From contig OZ242374.1 in assembly GCA_965209055.1 (NCBI GenBank), forward strand, positions 608,001 through 672,000: a DNA stretch of 64,000 bases. The letters run 5' to 3'. Below the pieces are notes generated by a model. That model did not search any database. It had not been told where the DNA came from and worked only from the letters and a program-made list of their open reading frames with translations. Positions 31,484-41,293 of the stretch are shown here, piece by piece (positions within the stretch are counted from its first letter, which is position 1; each line of letters opens with the position of its first letter). Position numbers and translations under genes: made by a program. This stretch comes from Acidobacteriota bacterium (GTDB lineage Bacteria > Acidobacteriota > UBA6911 > RPQK01 > JAJDTT01).

Positions 31484-31858
31484 ATGTCCGTCTTCAGAAT
31501 TCTGCTGTCGATCCTGGCTGTGATCCACGCGCTGTTCGCAGGATTTACGGCGTTGGTTGGAGCATTCGCGAACGGTGGAGAAACCTGGGAACGGCTGCTG
31601 GTCGTGCTTCTTCATCCCCTGGGCGCCGCGGGAGTCCTGGTCCTGGTGCTGGCGCCCCGCCTCCCCAGGATCGCCAACCTCGCCATCGCCGCAGTCCTCC
31701 TCGTGGTCGTGACCGCCGACCTGGTCCTGGCGCAGAGGATTGCCGCAGGCGCCGTGAAGGGAGACTGGGAACTCGCGTTGGTCTTCTCGGTGGTTCCGGT
31801 CATTGGCATTGTCTACGCGATGAGTCTCCTTGGAACTGCTCGCGCAACAGACGAGTAA
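31484..31858 (+). CDS. Small integral membrane protein (about 4 TM), function unknown
   Basis: Four hydrophobic segments, ATG start, plausible coding composition. Confidence 0.7.
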   Translation: MSVFRILLSILAVIHALFAGFTALVGAFANGGETWERLLVVLLHPLGAAGVLVLVLAPRLPRIANLAIAAVLLVVVTADLVLAQRIAAGAVKGDWELALVFSVVPVIGIVYAMSLLGTARATDE

Positions 31859-32073
31859 CGCCAGATTCAGGCGCAGAAGACAATGTCCTCCAGACGCAAT
31901 TGCGCTTCCGGCCGCGGTGGACGACCTTCTCCCTCGTTCACCCGCGCCAGATTGAGCACTTTCGTAGTTGTGGGGGAATCGTCTCGCGGTGGACACGGGT
32001 GCGTCCATAGTGGTGGGAGTCTTGGGCCGGATGAGGATCTTTCAAACGGTAATGAGCCGCCCGGCCAAGAGCC

Positions 32074-33684
32074 TCAGTCCACACGTTGCCCCTGCAAATA
32101 CGAGACTCTCTTAACGTTTCGATCCCGGTCGCGAATGACCCACTGACCATGCCGCTTCCCCGCCACATACGGGCCTTTCTCCATATTGCCGTTCACATCG
32201 TGCACAACCCAGTCGCCTTTCTTCTTGCCGTCCACAAGGAACCCTTTCTCGGTCTTGGGTCGTGACCGGCGTGCGACGAACTCTCCATCCACATAGAACT
32301 CGTACTTGAATGCGTCCCCGTAACCACTGGGTGCGCGCGTGACCCACTGGCCGTGCTTCTTCCCCTCCGCATAGGGGCCTCTCTCAAGATTTCGGTTCTC
32401 GTGGCGAACGACCCATTGCCCGTGCCGATTGCCCCCCACATAGGGGCCTTCCGCGACCCCATTGGTGTAAAGAATGACCCAATGGCCGTCGGCCTTCCCT
32501 TCCGAATACAGGCCTCCCCCAACTTTGTTCTTGTAGCGCGTGACCCACTGGCCGTGCGGCTTCCCTTCCAAATACGCACCTTCATGGACCAATCCTGCCG
32601 GGGCGCGAACGACCCACTGGCCGTGCCGCTTGCCATCCACGACCGGGCCTTGTCCCGTTCCGGTCCAGAATTTTTGGCCCACGTAAAAGCTCTTCTCGAT
32701 CCGCCCGTCCATATGGCGAATGACCCATTGGCCATCTGGTTCCCCGTCAGCGTACAGGCCTTCCTGGGTGTGACTGTCCGGGTAGCGCTCGACCCACCGC
32801 CCGTGCCGCTTGCCCTCGACGTAGGTTCCTTCATGAACGCGTCCGCTCGCGAAGCGCTCGACCCACCGGCCATGCCGCTTGCCATCCCCATATGGACCCT
32901 CATGAACGTCTCCGTCCGGATAGCGCTCGACCCACTTCCCGTGCCGATTCCCCTCAGAATACGGTCCTTCGTGAACGCCACCGTTCGGGTAACGTTCCAC
33001 CCACGGGCCGTGCCGTTTGCCCCGGACATACGAGCCTTCATGAATATCTCCGTTCGCGAAGCGCTCGACCCAGTACCCATGGCGCTCGGCCTTCACAGCG
33101 TGGCTTTTCTCGAGAACCGGCGGCTTTATCTGAGGCTTGGCATCCAGATCCCATGTCCATTTGAGCGTTCCCCGCCCCTGGGCCAGACTCTCTGAACACT
33201 CGCCGTTCCAGGTCACGGTCCTGTAAGGCTGGTAGTCCGGATCCCAAAGGTGGCATCCCGGCTGATTGGACAACTCCCTCCAACACTCGACTCCTTTCGG
33301 CTGCCCGTCGCACGGGATGCGTTCCGCCGGACCCTCGATCACGCGTAACAACGCCCGAGCCTCCGGATAAAACTCGCCGTCTTTGCCGAACGCGGCGAGG
33401 TATTGATTCACCGATTTCAAGGCAGCCTGGACCGAGCCGATGGAATACGACACCTGCGCCGATTTGAAGTGGAACTCCACCGGCAAAGTGATTTCGTGCT
33501 GTTGTTGCAGAGCGAGAATCTTCCGGATCGCCTCGGACGCACCGGCAACGTCACGATTCGCCATCCTCCGATCGGTCTCCGCCAGATACCGTTCCACGAG
33601 GATCTGCGGTGGCGTTTGGGCGGCAGCCGGGTTGGCCCCCAACCACAACAGGGAACTGAGTACGCACGGGATCATGGTGCGCAT
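32074..33684 (-). CDS. Secreted MORN-like repeat protein
   Basis: Signal peptide ending AAA/QT; helical N-domain; Cys-containing linker; roughly 13 repeats of HGxWVxRxxxGxxxEGxYxxGKR. Confidence 0.8.
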   Translation of the reverse strand: MRTMIPCVLSSLLWLGANPAAAQTPPQILVERYLAETDRRMANRDVAGASEAIRKILALQQQHEITLPVEFHFKSAQVSYSIGSVQAALKSVNQYLAAFGKDGEFYPEARALLRVIEGPAERIPCDGQPKGVECWRELSNQPGCHLWDPDYQPYRTVTWNGECSESLAQGRGTLKWTWDLDAKPQIKPPVLEKSHAVKAERHGYWVERFANGDIHEGSYVRGKRHGPWVERYPNGGVHEGPYSEGNRHGKWVERYPDGDVHEGPYGDGKRHGRWVERFASGRVHEGTYVEGKRHGRWVERYPDSHTQEGLYADGEPDGQWVIRHMDGRIEKSFYVGQKFWTGTGQGPVVDGKRHGQWVVRAPAGLVHEGAYLEGKPHGQWVTRYKNKVGGGLYSEGKADGHWVILYTNGVAEGPYVGGNRHGQWVVRHENRNLERGPYAEGKKHGQWVTRAPSGYGDAFKYEFYVDGEFVARRSRPKTEKGFLVDGKKKGDWVVHDVNGNMEKGPYVAGKRHGQWVIRDRDRNVKRVSYLQGQRVD

Positions 33685-33910
33685 GGGAAGTCTCCGGCTT
33701 CGGCCCTTAGCGGGACCAGGTTGGGATGGGGCCGATCATAGCAGCGGGGCGACCGGGAAAGGAATATTTCCGGCCGGAGAACGGAACGGACTCGCCGGCG
33801 CAGGGTCTGTCTACAGGCCCGGACCAGCGCCGCACCCAGCACAAATTCAGGCAGAAAAAAGGGAATTCGGGAGCGAATACTTTCCGGTCTGCGATTGCGG
33901 GTCGGTGTTT

Positions 33911-33939
33911 AAGAGGGGGACAAGACTGTCCCCCCTCCT
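33911..33939. repeat. REP-like palindrome downstream of carD
   Basis: aagagggggacaagactgtcccccctcct, closely matching the reverse complement of 43242-43270. Confidence 0.65.
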
Positions 33940-33949
33940 CGGGACGGTT

Positions 33950-34465
33950 TCAGGAGGGGAGGCTGGGGTTGGCTCCTTCGCAAGCCGAGGAGAGCATCTG
34001 CTCCACGTGCTCTGCGACCCCCTCGTCGGGTTCGTCTTGCACCGTGGCGATCTCCGAGACCACGAGTTGGCGGGCCCGATCGAACATCTTCTTCTCGCGG
34101 AACGAGAGGGTCTTTTGCAGGTTGAGGCAATAGAGATTCTTGAGCACCTCGGCCACCTGGAAGATGGAACCCGACTTCATCTTGTTGACGTTTTCCTTGT
34201 AGCGGCTCTTCCAATCGGACTCCGGCTTGCCGATCTCGTTTCTCAAAATCTGGAACAGCTCGTCCAACTGCTCCACCGTGCAGAGCTTTCGAAGGCCGAC
34301 GTGGAGAGCGTTGGCGGTGGGGACCATTACCGTTGAATTGTTGGAGGTGAGCTTCAACATGTAGAATTCCGCCTGTTGCCCGGCGATCCGAGTCTCCATC
34401 ACCTTCTGGATCACCCCGACTCCCTGATTCGGATAGACAACTTTCTCTCCGACCTTGAATTCCAT
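33950..34465 (-). CDS. carD: CarD/CdnL family transcription regulator
   Basis: FKVGEKVVYPNQGVG, VMVPT..GLR, WKSRYKEN, LSFREKKMF. Confidence 0.92.
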   Translation of the reverse strand: MEFKVGEKVVYPNQGVGVIQKVMETRIAGQQAEFYMLKLTSNNSTVMVPTANALHVGLRKLCTVEQLDELFQILRNEIGKPESDWKSRYKENVNKMKSGSIFQVAEVLKNLYCLNLQKTLSFREKKMFDRARQLVVSEIATVQDEPDEGVAEHVEQMLSSACEGANPSLPS

Positions 34466-34595
34466 TAGCGCCTCCGCGATCGCGGTGTGGGCACCGCTAC
34501 GTTTCAAGCCGTCCAAAGGACAACACGTTCAAGACTGAAGCCGGAAGAGCCGAACAAAAGACCCGTCGAGATCGCCCAGATGGAATAACAGCTTC

Positions 34596-34625
34596 ATTCT
34601 AGGGTAGCTTCTGGCCAAAAGTCAA
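34596..34625 (-). promoter_or_regulatory. Putative sigma70 promoter of carD
   Basis: Minus strand reads TTGACT-N18-TAGAAT. Confidence 0.55.
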
Positions 34626-34722
34626 AATGTGTTGGGCGGCAAGCCGGGCGTAGTAGACTGAGAGAGAGCAATCGGATTCCGTCCAGGATGGCATCCTCCG
34701 GAGGAGGCGGGCCGCGGCCCCC

Positions 34723-37014
34723 ATGGAGCAGATTTTCACCTTTCTCTTCAAATACCGGCCCTTCCACTTCAGGGAGGGAGAGTTCCTCCTGCAGTGGCGC
34801 CTTGAGGGGTGGTTGTTGGCGATCCTGGTCTGCGCCGTTCTGCTCGCAGCGTGGCTGCCCTATCGGGGATGGTTGGGCAGGGGCGCCCCGCGAGCGTGGA
34901 TCCTGCCGGCCGCCAGAGCGGCTTTTCTCCTCGGCATCATGGTGCTGCTGATGCGGCCCAGCCTGGTCCTTTCCACCCTGGCGTCGCGGGAGAACGTGCT
35001 GGCTCTGCTGGTCGACAACTCATTGAGCATGGGGATTGCCGACGAAGAGGCGCCGCGGGGCGAGCCGGTTCGGACGCTGCTGGAGCCCGGCAGCCCGTTG
35101 CGCCAAGGCCTGGATGATCGATTTCGGCTGCTCCGCATGGGGTTCGACGCCGAATCCCGCCTGCTGCGGGAGGACGGAAGGCTGGACTGGCGCGGTAGCC
35201 GCACCGACATCGCGGGCGCCCTCCGGGACGTTCTGACCCGCACCCGGCACGAGGCCCTGGGTGGAATCGTCCTTTTCAGCGACGGTGCGGACAACGGCGT
35301 CGGCGGCTTCAAGGAGATCCTGGCCGATCTTCAGGCGCGAAGAATTCCGGTGCACACAGTGGGCGTGGGTCCCCGGGTGCTGGAGCCCGACCTGGAGCTG
35401 GCCCGGGTGAGCCTTCCGCGGATCCTGGTTCCCGAGACCCGGACCATCGCCCGGGTCACGGTCAGGATCAACGGCTACCAGGGACGCGAGAGCCGCCTGG
35501 AGGTCTGGGAGGGAAACTCTCTGATTCAGGAACAGGAAGTGAAGCTGCCGTTTTCCCAGACGGCCCTGGTGGAAGTTCCCCTAACCCCTCGAAGCCGAGG
35601 CATTCGAATCTACCGCTTCAGGATCCGGCCACTCGACGATGAGGCCCTTCAGGAGAACAACGAACGGTCGGCGGTGCTTCACGTCCGGGACCTGGAGAAC
35701 CGCATTCTGTACGTGGAAGGGCGTCCCCGCTGGGAATACAAGTTCATCCGGAGCGCGGTCTCCGGCGACCGTCACCTGCGGTTGGAGAGCCTGTTGCGAA
35801 CCGCCATCAACAAGTACTACCGGCAGGGCATCGAGGAGGAGAGCACCCTGGCGGCCGGCTTTCCTGCGACCCGGGAGGAGCTGTTCTCGTATCGGGCCCT
35901 GGTGGTGGGGAGCGTGGAATCCTCCTTCTTCACGTATCCTCAAATGGAGATGCTCCGGGAGTTCGTGGACAAGAGGGGCGGCGGGTTCCTCATGTTGGGA
36001 GGCAGTTCCTCTTTCTCCGCGGGGGAATACCAGAACACGCCGGTGGAGGAGTTCCTGCCGGTCTGGATGCTGCCGGACGGAGACCGGGCGCCATCCGCCA
36101 CCCTCTACCGGCGGGGGTCCGCCCGGGTCCGGTTGACTCCCCAGGGGCTCCGGCATCCCGCCCTGCAATTGGGCGCCGGAGATGCGGTCAACCGGCGGCA
36201 GTGGGAAGAGATGCCCGACCTCAGGGACTGGAATCGGGTGGGGGAGCTCAAGCCGGGCGCCACGGTCCTGGCCCGCCTCCAGGATTCCCGGGACGGGACG
36301 GACGTCCCCTTGATGGCCTTTCAGCGCTATGGGCGGGGCTTGGCCATGGTCTTTCTCACCGGCAGCAGTTGGCGCTGGCAGATGCTTAAGGAACATGAGG
36401 ACCGGGCACACCAGAACTTCTGGCAACAGGTCCTGCGCTGGCTGGTGAACTCGGCCAAGGATCCCGTGGAAGTGGAAACGGAACGGGAACTCTATTCCCA
36501 GGGGGAGGAGGTCAAGGTTCAGGCTCAAGTTTACGACCCCACGTTCAACCCGGTCCAATCAGCCCGTCTGGCGGCGACCCTGGTCTCTCCGTCGGGCAAT
36601 GAAACCGGGATCGATTTGGACTGGAGCCCCCGGGACGGCGGCATCTATGAAGGGGTGACCCGGCCCGTGGAAGAGGGGCTCCACCAGGTCCGATTGGAGG
36701 CGGAGGGGGTCCGCGGCGCGGATCCGATCTCCTATGGCTCCGGCGACGCCTACTTCCTGGCGCAATCCGGCCTCAGGGAGTTTCACGACGCCAACCGCAA
36801 GGTCGAGTTTCTGAATTGGCTGGCCCGGGAGACGGGAGGCCACTACTTCAGTCTGGATGACGTGGGGAATCTCCCGGAGGAGGTTTCCTACGTCGAATCC
36901 CGGACGTCCGTTCCCCAGACTCTGGAATTGTGGGACATGCCCGCGAACTTCCTTCTTCTGGCGGCTCTGCTGCTGACGGAATGGGTAATGTGGCGGCGTC
37001 TGGGAGGGATGTAA
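34723..37014 (+). CDS. Membrane protein with vWA (MIDAS), Ig-like and glutamine amidotransferase-like domains
   Basis: N-terminal TMs, VDNSLSM MIDAS, TDI..AL, FSDG, LYVEGRPRWEYKF, GGGFLMLGG, LARETGG, C-terminal TM ending EWVMWRRLG. Confidence 0.75.
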   Translation: MEQIFTFLFKYRPFHFREGEFLLQWRLEGWLLAILVCAVLLAAWLPYRGWLGRGAPRAWILPAARAAFLLGIMVLLMRPSLVLSTLASRENVLALLVDNSLSMGIADEEAPRGEPVRTLLEPGSPLRQGLDDRFRLLRMGFDAESRLLREDGRLDWRGSRTDIAGALRDVLTRTRHEALGGIVLFSDGADNGVGGFKEILADLQARRIPVHTVGVGPRVLEPDLELARVSLPRILVPETRTIARVTVRINGYQGRESRLEVWEGNSLIQEQEVKLPFSQTALVEVPLTPRSRGIRIYRFRIRPLDDEALQENNERSAVLHVRDLENRILYVEGRPRWEYKFIRSAVSGDRHLRLESLLRTAINKYYRQGIEEESTLAAGFPATREELFSYRALVVGSVESSFFTYPQMEMLREFVDKRGGGFLMLGGSSSFSAGEYQNTPVEEFLPVWMLPDGDRAPSATLYRRGSARVRLTPQGLRHPALQLGAGDAVNRRQWEEMPDLRDWNRVGELKPGATVLARLQDSRDGTDVPLMAFQRYGRGLAMVFLTGSSWRWQMLKEHEDRAHQNFWQQVLRWLVNSAKDPVEVETERELYSQGEEVKVQAQVYDPTFNPVQSARLAATLVSPSGNETGIDLDWSPRDGGIYEGVTRPVEEGLHQVRLEAEGVRGADPISYGSGDAYFLAQSGLREFHDANRKVEFLNWLARETGGHYFSLDDVGNLPEEVSYVESRTSVPQTLELWDMPANFLLLAALLLTEWVMWRRLGGM

Positions 37015-37020
37015 GGGCCG

Positions 37021-38067
37021 GTGTCCGGATCAACTCCACGGGAGACGTCCCCGAAAACCGTTGCGGCCGGCGGCATGGGCCGATTCCTTCCGCAACGCTC
37101 GATCTCCTCCCGGCTTGCGGCGCTTCTCGGGGTGATGATCCTCTGCTCCTCTCCGATCCGGGGAGAGAGTTTCGACCGCATCAGCCTCATCGTCACGGGA
37201 CTCGCCGGAATGCCGGAATACGGGGCCAATTTCGCCGATTGGGCAAACCGCATGGAGGAGGCGTTTCAGGGAGACCGGTCCCGGGTGCTGCGAATCGACG
37301 GGAGCGTCCGGACCCGGGATGAGATCCTGCGAACCGCCAGGGAGGAGGCGAAAAAGCTCCTTCCCGACGGCGAGTGGTGGCTGATTCTCGTCGGACACGG
37401 CAGCTACGACGGGCGGCGGTACAAGTTCAACATCAAGGGTCCCGACCTCACGGACCAGGACCTGGGACAGCTCCTGGAGGGACTGGACGGCCCCAGAGCG
37501 GTCGTCGTTGCGGGGACCAGCTCGGCCGGCGCGCTGGTTCCGGCGTTGCGAGGCGTCAATCGAGTGGTGGTGGCCGCAACGCGGGAGCGCGAGCGGCAAC
37601 CACCCCTGTTTCCCCGTTTCTTCGCCGAGGCCCCGGAATCGCCGGACGCGGACCGGGACAAGAACAATCGCGTGTCGCTGCTGGAAGCTTTTCTGTACAG
37701 CCGGCAAAAGGTGAGCGCCTGGTTCGAGGAAGCGGGCCGAATCCAGACCGAGCACGCCATACTGGACGACTCGGCCCGGTTTCAGTTGGCCAAGGAGGAC
37801 GGCGATTCCCAGGCGGAGGTCCGGCAGGGAACCGGTTTGCTGGCCGCCGTCTGTTACCTGGACCCGGCGAGCGCGCCGGCCGAGCGACCGGAGGAAGGGA
37901 GCCGAGCGGAGACCCGGTCCCGGATCCAGCGGCAGATCGACGAACTCAAGCTGCGCAAGGGAGAGTTCACGGAAGGTGAATATTTCCGGAGGCTGGAAGC
38001 GTTGATGGTGGAGCTGGCCGCCAACGAGGAGGCGGAAGGCGCCGCCGAAAAGGAGGACCAGCCTTGA
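37021..38067 (+). CDS. Exported caspase/C13-fold-like hypothetical protein
   Basis: Signal-like N-terminus, LILVGHGSYDG, EF-hand-like DRDKNNRVSLLEAF, TEHAILDD, helical tail. Start uncertain. Confidence 0.6.
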   Translation: MSGSTPRETSPKTVAAGGMGRFLPQRSISSRLAALLGVMILCSSPIRGESFDRISLIVTGLAGMPEYGANFADWANRMEEAFQGDRSRVLRIDGSVRTRDEILRTAREEAKKLLPDGEWWLILVGHGSYDGRRYKFNIKGPDLTDQDLGQLLEGLDGPRAVVVAGTSSAGALVPALRGVNRVVVAATRERERQPPLFPRFFAEAPESPDADRDKNNRVSLLEAFLYSRQKVSAWFEEAGRIQTEHAILDDSARFQLAKEDGDSQAEVRQGTGLLAAVCYLDPASAPAERPEEGSRAETRSRIQRQIDELKLRKGEFTEGEYFRRLEALMVELAANEEAEGAAEKEDQP

Positions 38068-40532
38068 GCAGACCGTGGGCGCCCACGGGTGGCGCCTCAG
38101 CACTTTTCCTTTGCACCCTTCTTCTGACGGGGCTTCTGGCGGCGGCCGGTTTCCGGCAGGAGTCCCCCGCCCCGCTGAAAGAGGTTCTGGAGTTGATGGC
38201 GGCAGGGGCGTACCAGGCTGCCGGGGAGCGGCTCTCGACCGGCGGAGACCGGAACCCCCACGTCCTGCGCCTCAGGCTGGAGCTGGCGGAGCGCGGCGGA
38301 GACGAGGCGGGGATGCGGCGCCTGGCCGGACGCCTGCTTGGCCTCTATCAATCGGGCGCTCTTCAATCCCCCGCGGAAATCGCCGAGGCCGCCTACGCCG
38401 CCCGGCAAATGGAGCAGTGGAAGCGGGCCAACCAACTCTACCTGGAGGCGGCTCGGGGCTCCGGGGCTCCTCTCTGGGTGTACGTGGACTGGGGCAACCT
38501 GTATCTGGAGAAGCACAACGGAGCCGAGGCCGAGTCCATTTTCCGGGATGCCCTCAAGGCTCCTCAGCCGGACGGGTGGTCCCGCTGGGAAACGGACGAC
38601 GCCCGGCTTGGCGTGGCCCGGTCCCTCAAGGCCCAGCAGATGAGCGGGGTGAACGCGGCGCTGGAACACGTCCTCAAAGAGAATCCGGGGAACCTGGACG
38701 CGCACGTCCTCAAGGGGTTGCTGGCCATGGAGGCGGGCGACTGGAAGGAAGCCGAAGAATGGATTGAACGGGGACTGGACGAAAACCCCAACTACGTCCC
38801 CCTGCTGGAGCTCGAGTGCGTCCAGCTTCATTTCCGGGAGCAAAACGAGCGTTACGAGGAACGCCTGAAAAACCTTCTGGAGATCAACCCCCGCAACGGG
38901 AACCTCTACCGGATCATGGGAGATTTCACCGCCCTCCGGCGCCGCATGGACGACGCCATCGGCTACTACCGGGAGGCGGTGCGAAGAAATCCCAGGGAAT
39001 GGCCGGCCCTCGCCTCGCTGGGCGTCAATCTGTTGCGAATGGCCCGGGAGGAGGAGGGCAAGAAGGTCCTGGAGCGGGCCTACGAGAACGACCCCTACAA
39101 CGTCTCCACCGTCAACACGCTGCGCCTGGTGGACAGCTTCGACCGGTTCGTCCGCAAAGAGACGCCCCGGTATTGGCTCCGGCTGCACCGGAAAGAGGCC
39201 GGGGCTCTGGGGCCCTATGTGCGGAGGCTTCTGGACCGGAGCATTTCCTTCCTGGAGGAAAAGTACCGGCACCGTGTCGACCACAAGTTCCTGGTCGAGT
39301 TCTATCCCGACCACGAAGACTTCGCCGTGCGTGCCCTGGGCCTCCCGGGACTGGGCGCGTTCGGAGCCACGTTCGGCCGCATCCTGGCCATGGACTCTCC
39401 CTCTGCGCGTCCCAAGGGAAGCTATCACTGGGGATCGACGCTGTGGCACGAGATGGCCCACGTGGTCATCCTCTCGCTGAGCCAGGACCGGGTGCCCCGC
39501 TGGCTCACCGAAGGGATCTCCATGATGGAAGAGCGCCTTGCGGGACCCGGCTGGGGCGATGGCTTGAGCCCGGCCCTGGTGAGAGCCTACGAGCGGGGAG
39601 AGATCGCTCCCGTGAAGGACCTGAACAAGGGATTCGAGAGTCCCCGGACTCGCGAGCACCTCCAGATCAGCTATCTTCAGGCCGGATTGGTGGCCCGGTA
39701 CCTGGAGGACCGCCACGGGACCGAAAAGGTGCGGGCGCTGGTGGAGGGCTTTTCGCGGGGGCTCGACCTGGAGGAGTCGTTCCAGGAAGCGTTGGGGATC
39801 TCCCCGGCCGAATTCGACCGGGAATTCCTGCAAGAACTGGACCGGACCCTGAAACCGCTGGTCGACCGCATGCAGCCTCCGGCGGTCCTGAGAGGCCGGG
39901 CCAAGAGCCAGTCCCGGGACGAATATCTGAAGTCTCTGCTGGAGGCGGCGAGCCAGGACAAGGAGAATTACTTCCTGAACCTGGCCCTGGGCGAGACTCT
40001 GGACGAGGCCGGCAGGAGCAACGAGGCGGTGCCGTATCTGGAACAGGCGATGGCAACTTTTCCCGACTTTGCCACGGCGGAGAGTCCCTACGCGGTTCTG
40101 ACTCGGATTCACCGGAGGAGCGGCGACACCTCCAAGCTGATCCGAATCCTGGAGCAATGGTTCGGGGCGGCTCCGCAACTGGCGGAAAACGGCCTCGAGC
40201 TGGCCCGCCTGCTGGCTGACGCGGATCAGGACGAACGGGCGGCCGGGGTGTTGGAACAGGTCCTTTATGCCGATACTCTGAATCCGGAGGTTCACCGGTT
40301 GCTGGGCAGTCTTTACCTGGAACTGGGACGGGGACCGGAGGCGGCGGCGGAATACCGGGTCCTGTTGGAGTTGTCGCCGCTGGATACGGCGGACGCCCAC
40401 TACCAGTTGGCCCGCGCCCTGGACCTGTCCGGCGACACGGCTCAGGCCCGCCGCCAGGTGCTGCTGGCCCTGGAGATCGCGCCGGGTTACCGGGACGCCC
40501 AGAAGTTCCTGCTGGAGCTGGTCCGAAGATGA
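38064..40532 (+). CDS. Exported TPR-repeat protein with MA-clan (gluzincin-like) metallopeptidase domain
   Basis: Signal peptide; TPRs on both sides of TLWHEMAH...VPRWLTEG. Confidence 0.8.
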   Translation: MSRPWAPTGGASALFLCTLLLTGLLAAAGFRQESPAPLKEVLELMAAGAYQAAGERLSTGGDRNPHVLRLRLELAERGGDEAGMRRLAGRLLGLYQSGALQSPAEIAEAAYAARQMEQWKRANQLYLEAARGSGAPLWVYVDWGNLYLEKHNGAEAESIFRDALKAPQPDGWSRWETDDARLGVARSLKAQQMSGVNAALEHVLKENPGNLDAHVLKGLLAMEAGDWKEAEEWIERGLDENPNYVPLLELECVQLHFREQNERYEERLKNLLEINPRNGNLYRIMGDFTALRRRMDDAIGYYREAVRRNPREWPALASLGVNLLRMAREEEGKKVLERAYENDPYNVSTVNTLRLVDSFDRFVRKETPRYWLRLHRKEAGALGPYVRRLLDRSISFLEEKYRHRVDHKFLVEFYPDHEDFAVRALGLPGLGAFGATFGRILAMDSPSARPKGSYHWGSTLWHEMAHVVILSLSQDRVPRWLTEGISMMEERLAGPGWGDGLSPALVRAYERGEIAPVKDLNKGFESPRTREHLQISYLQAGLVARYLEDRHGTEKVRALVEGFSRGLDLEESFQEALGISPAEFDREFLQELDRTLKPLVDRMQPPAVLRGRAKSQSRDEYLKSLLEAASQDKENYFLNLALGETLDEAGRSNEAVPYLEQAMATFPDFATAESPYAVLTRIHRRSGDTSKLIRILEQWFGAAPQLAENGLELARLLADADQDERAAGVLEQVLYADTLNPEVHRLLGSLYLELGRGPEAAAEYRVLLELSPLDTADAHYQLARALDLSGDTAQARRQVLLALEIAPGYRDAQKFLLELVRR

Positions 40533-41269
40533 AGCGATACGTTTCGTGGGCACTGCTGCTGGCCGCGCCGCTGCTCCTGAGCACCGGCCCGGAAGTCTCC
40601 GCGGACCCGGAGGCCAACGATTCCACCCTCTTTCAGTTCGTGCGGATCCGCTACAACGGATTCGTCTCGAGTTGGGGCGGTGGTCGGGGACGATGGGTCC
40701 CCCCCTGGATGCACGACTACCCCCGGGCCGAGCAGAACTTCCTGAAGATCTTCATGGAGCTGACGGGAATCGAGACCACGCCCGAATCCTACCTGGTGCT
40801 GGATCTGAACGACCCGCGCATCATGAACTACCCGGCGCTCTACGTGAGCGAGCCGGGCTACTGGAACATCACGGACGAGGAGGCGGCCAATCTCCGCGAA
40901 TACCTGCTGCGCGGGGGCTTCATCATCTTCGACGACTTCCGCGGCGCCAGGGAATGGCACAATTTCACGACCTGCATGCAGCGGGTCTATCCGGAGCGCG
41001 GCTTCGAGGAGCTGACGACGGATCATCCGGTGTTTCACTGTTTCTACGACATCGACAGCCTGGACATGGTGCCGCCCTACAACGTCCCGGGAAAGCCCCG
41101 CTTCTACGGCCTGTCGGACGAGGAGGGGCGGCTCCTTGCCGTGGCCAATTTCAACAACGACATCGGGGATTACTGGGAGTGGTCCGACGATTCGCTGGTG
41201 CCCATCAGCGCTTCGAACGAGGCTTACAGATTCGGAATCAACTATTTCGTATACGCCCTCACGCACTGA
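40529..41269 (+). CDS. DUF4159 family protein
   Basis: FVRIRY, W.HDYPRAEQN, LREYLLRGGFIIFDDF, HPVF, NDIGDYWE, GINYFVYALTH. Confidence 0.8.
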   Translation: MKRYVSWALLLAAPLLLSTGPEVSADPEANDSTLFQFVRIRYNGFVSSWGGGRGRWVPPWMHDYPRAEQNFLKIFMELTGIETTPESYLVLDLNDPRIMNYPALYVSEPGYWNITDEEAANLREYLLRGGFIIFDDFRGAREWHNFTTCMQRVYPERGFEELTTDHPVFHCFYDIDSLDMVPPYNVPGKPRFYGLSDEEGRLLAVANFNNDIGDYWEWSDDSLVPISASNEAYRFGINYFVYALTH

Positions 41270-41293
41270 ACGCGGGTCGGCGGAGGACCGAAC

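Noticed and set aside
31860-32070. Possible gene fragment between the membrane protein and the MORN-like gene
   Set aside because: No frame gave a recognisable motif.
27820-33090. Tandem repeats as a CRISPR array or DGR template/variable repeats
   Set aside because: The repeats are in-frame protein domain repeats; there are no spacers, no cas genes and no reverse transcriptase in the window.
25428-33940. Accessory block as a prophage or integrative element
   Set aside because: No integrase, transposase, phage gene or flanking direct repeat was seen.
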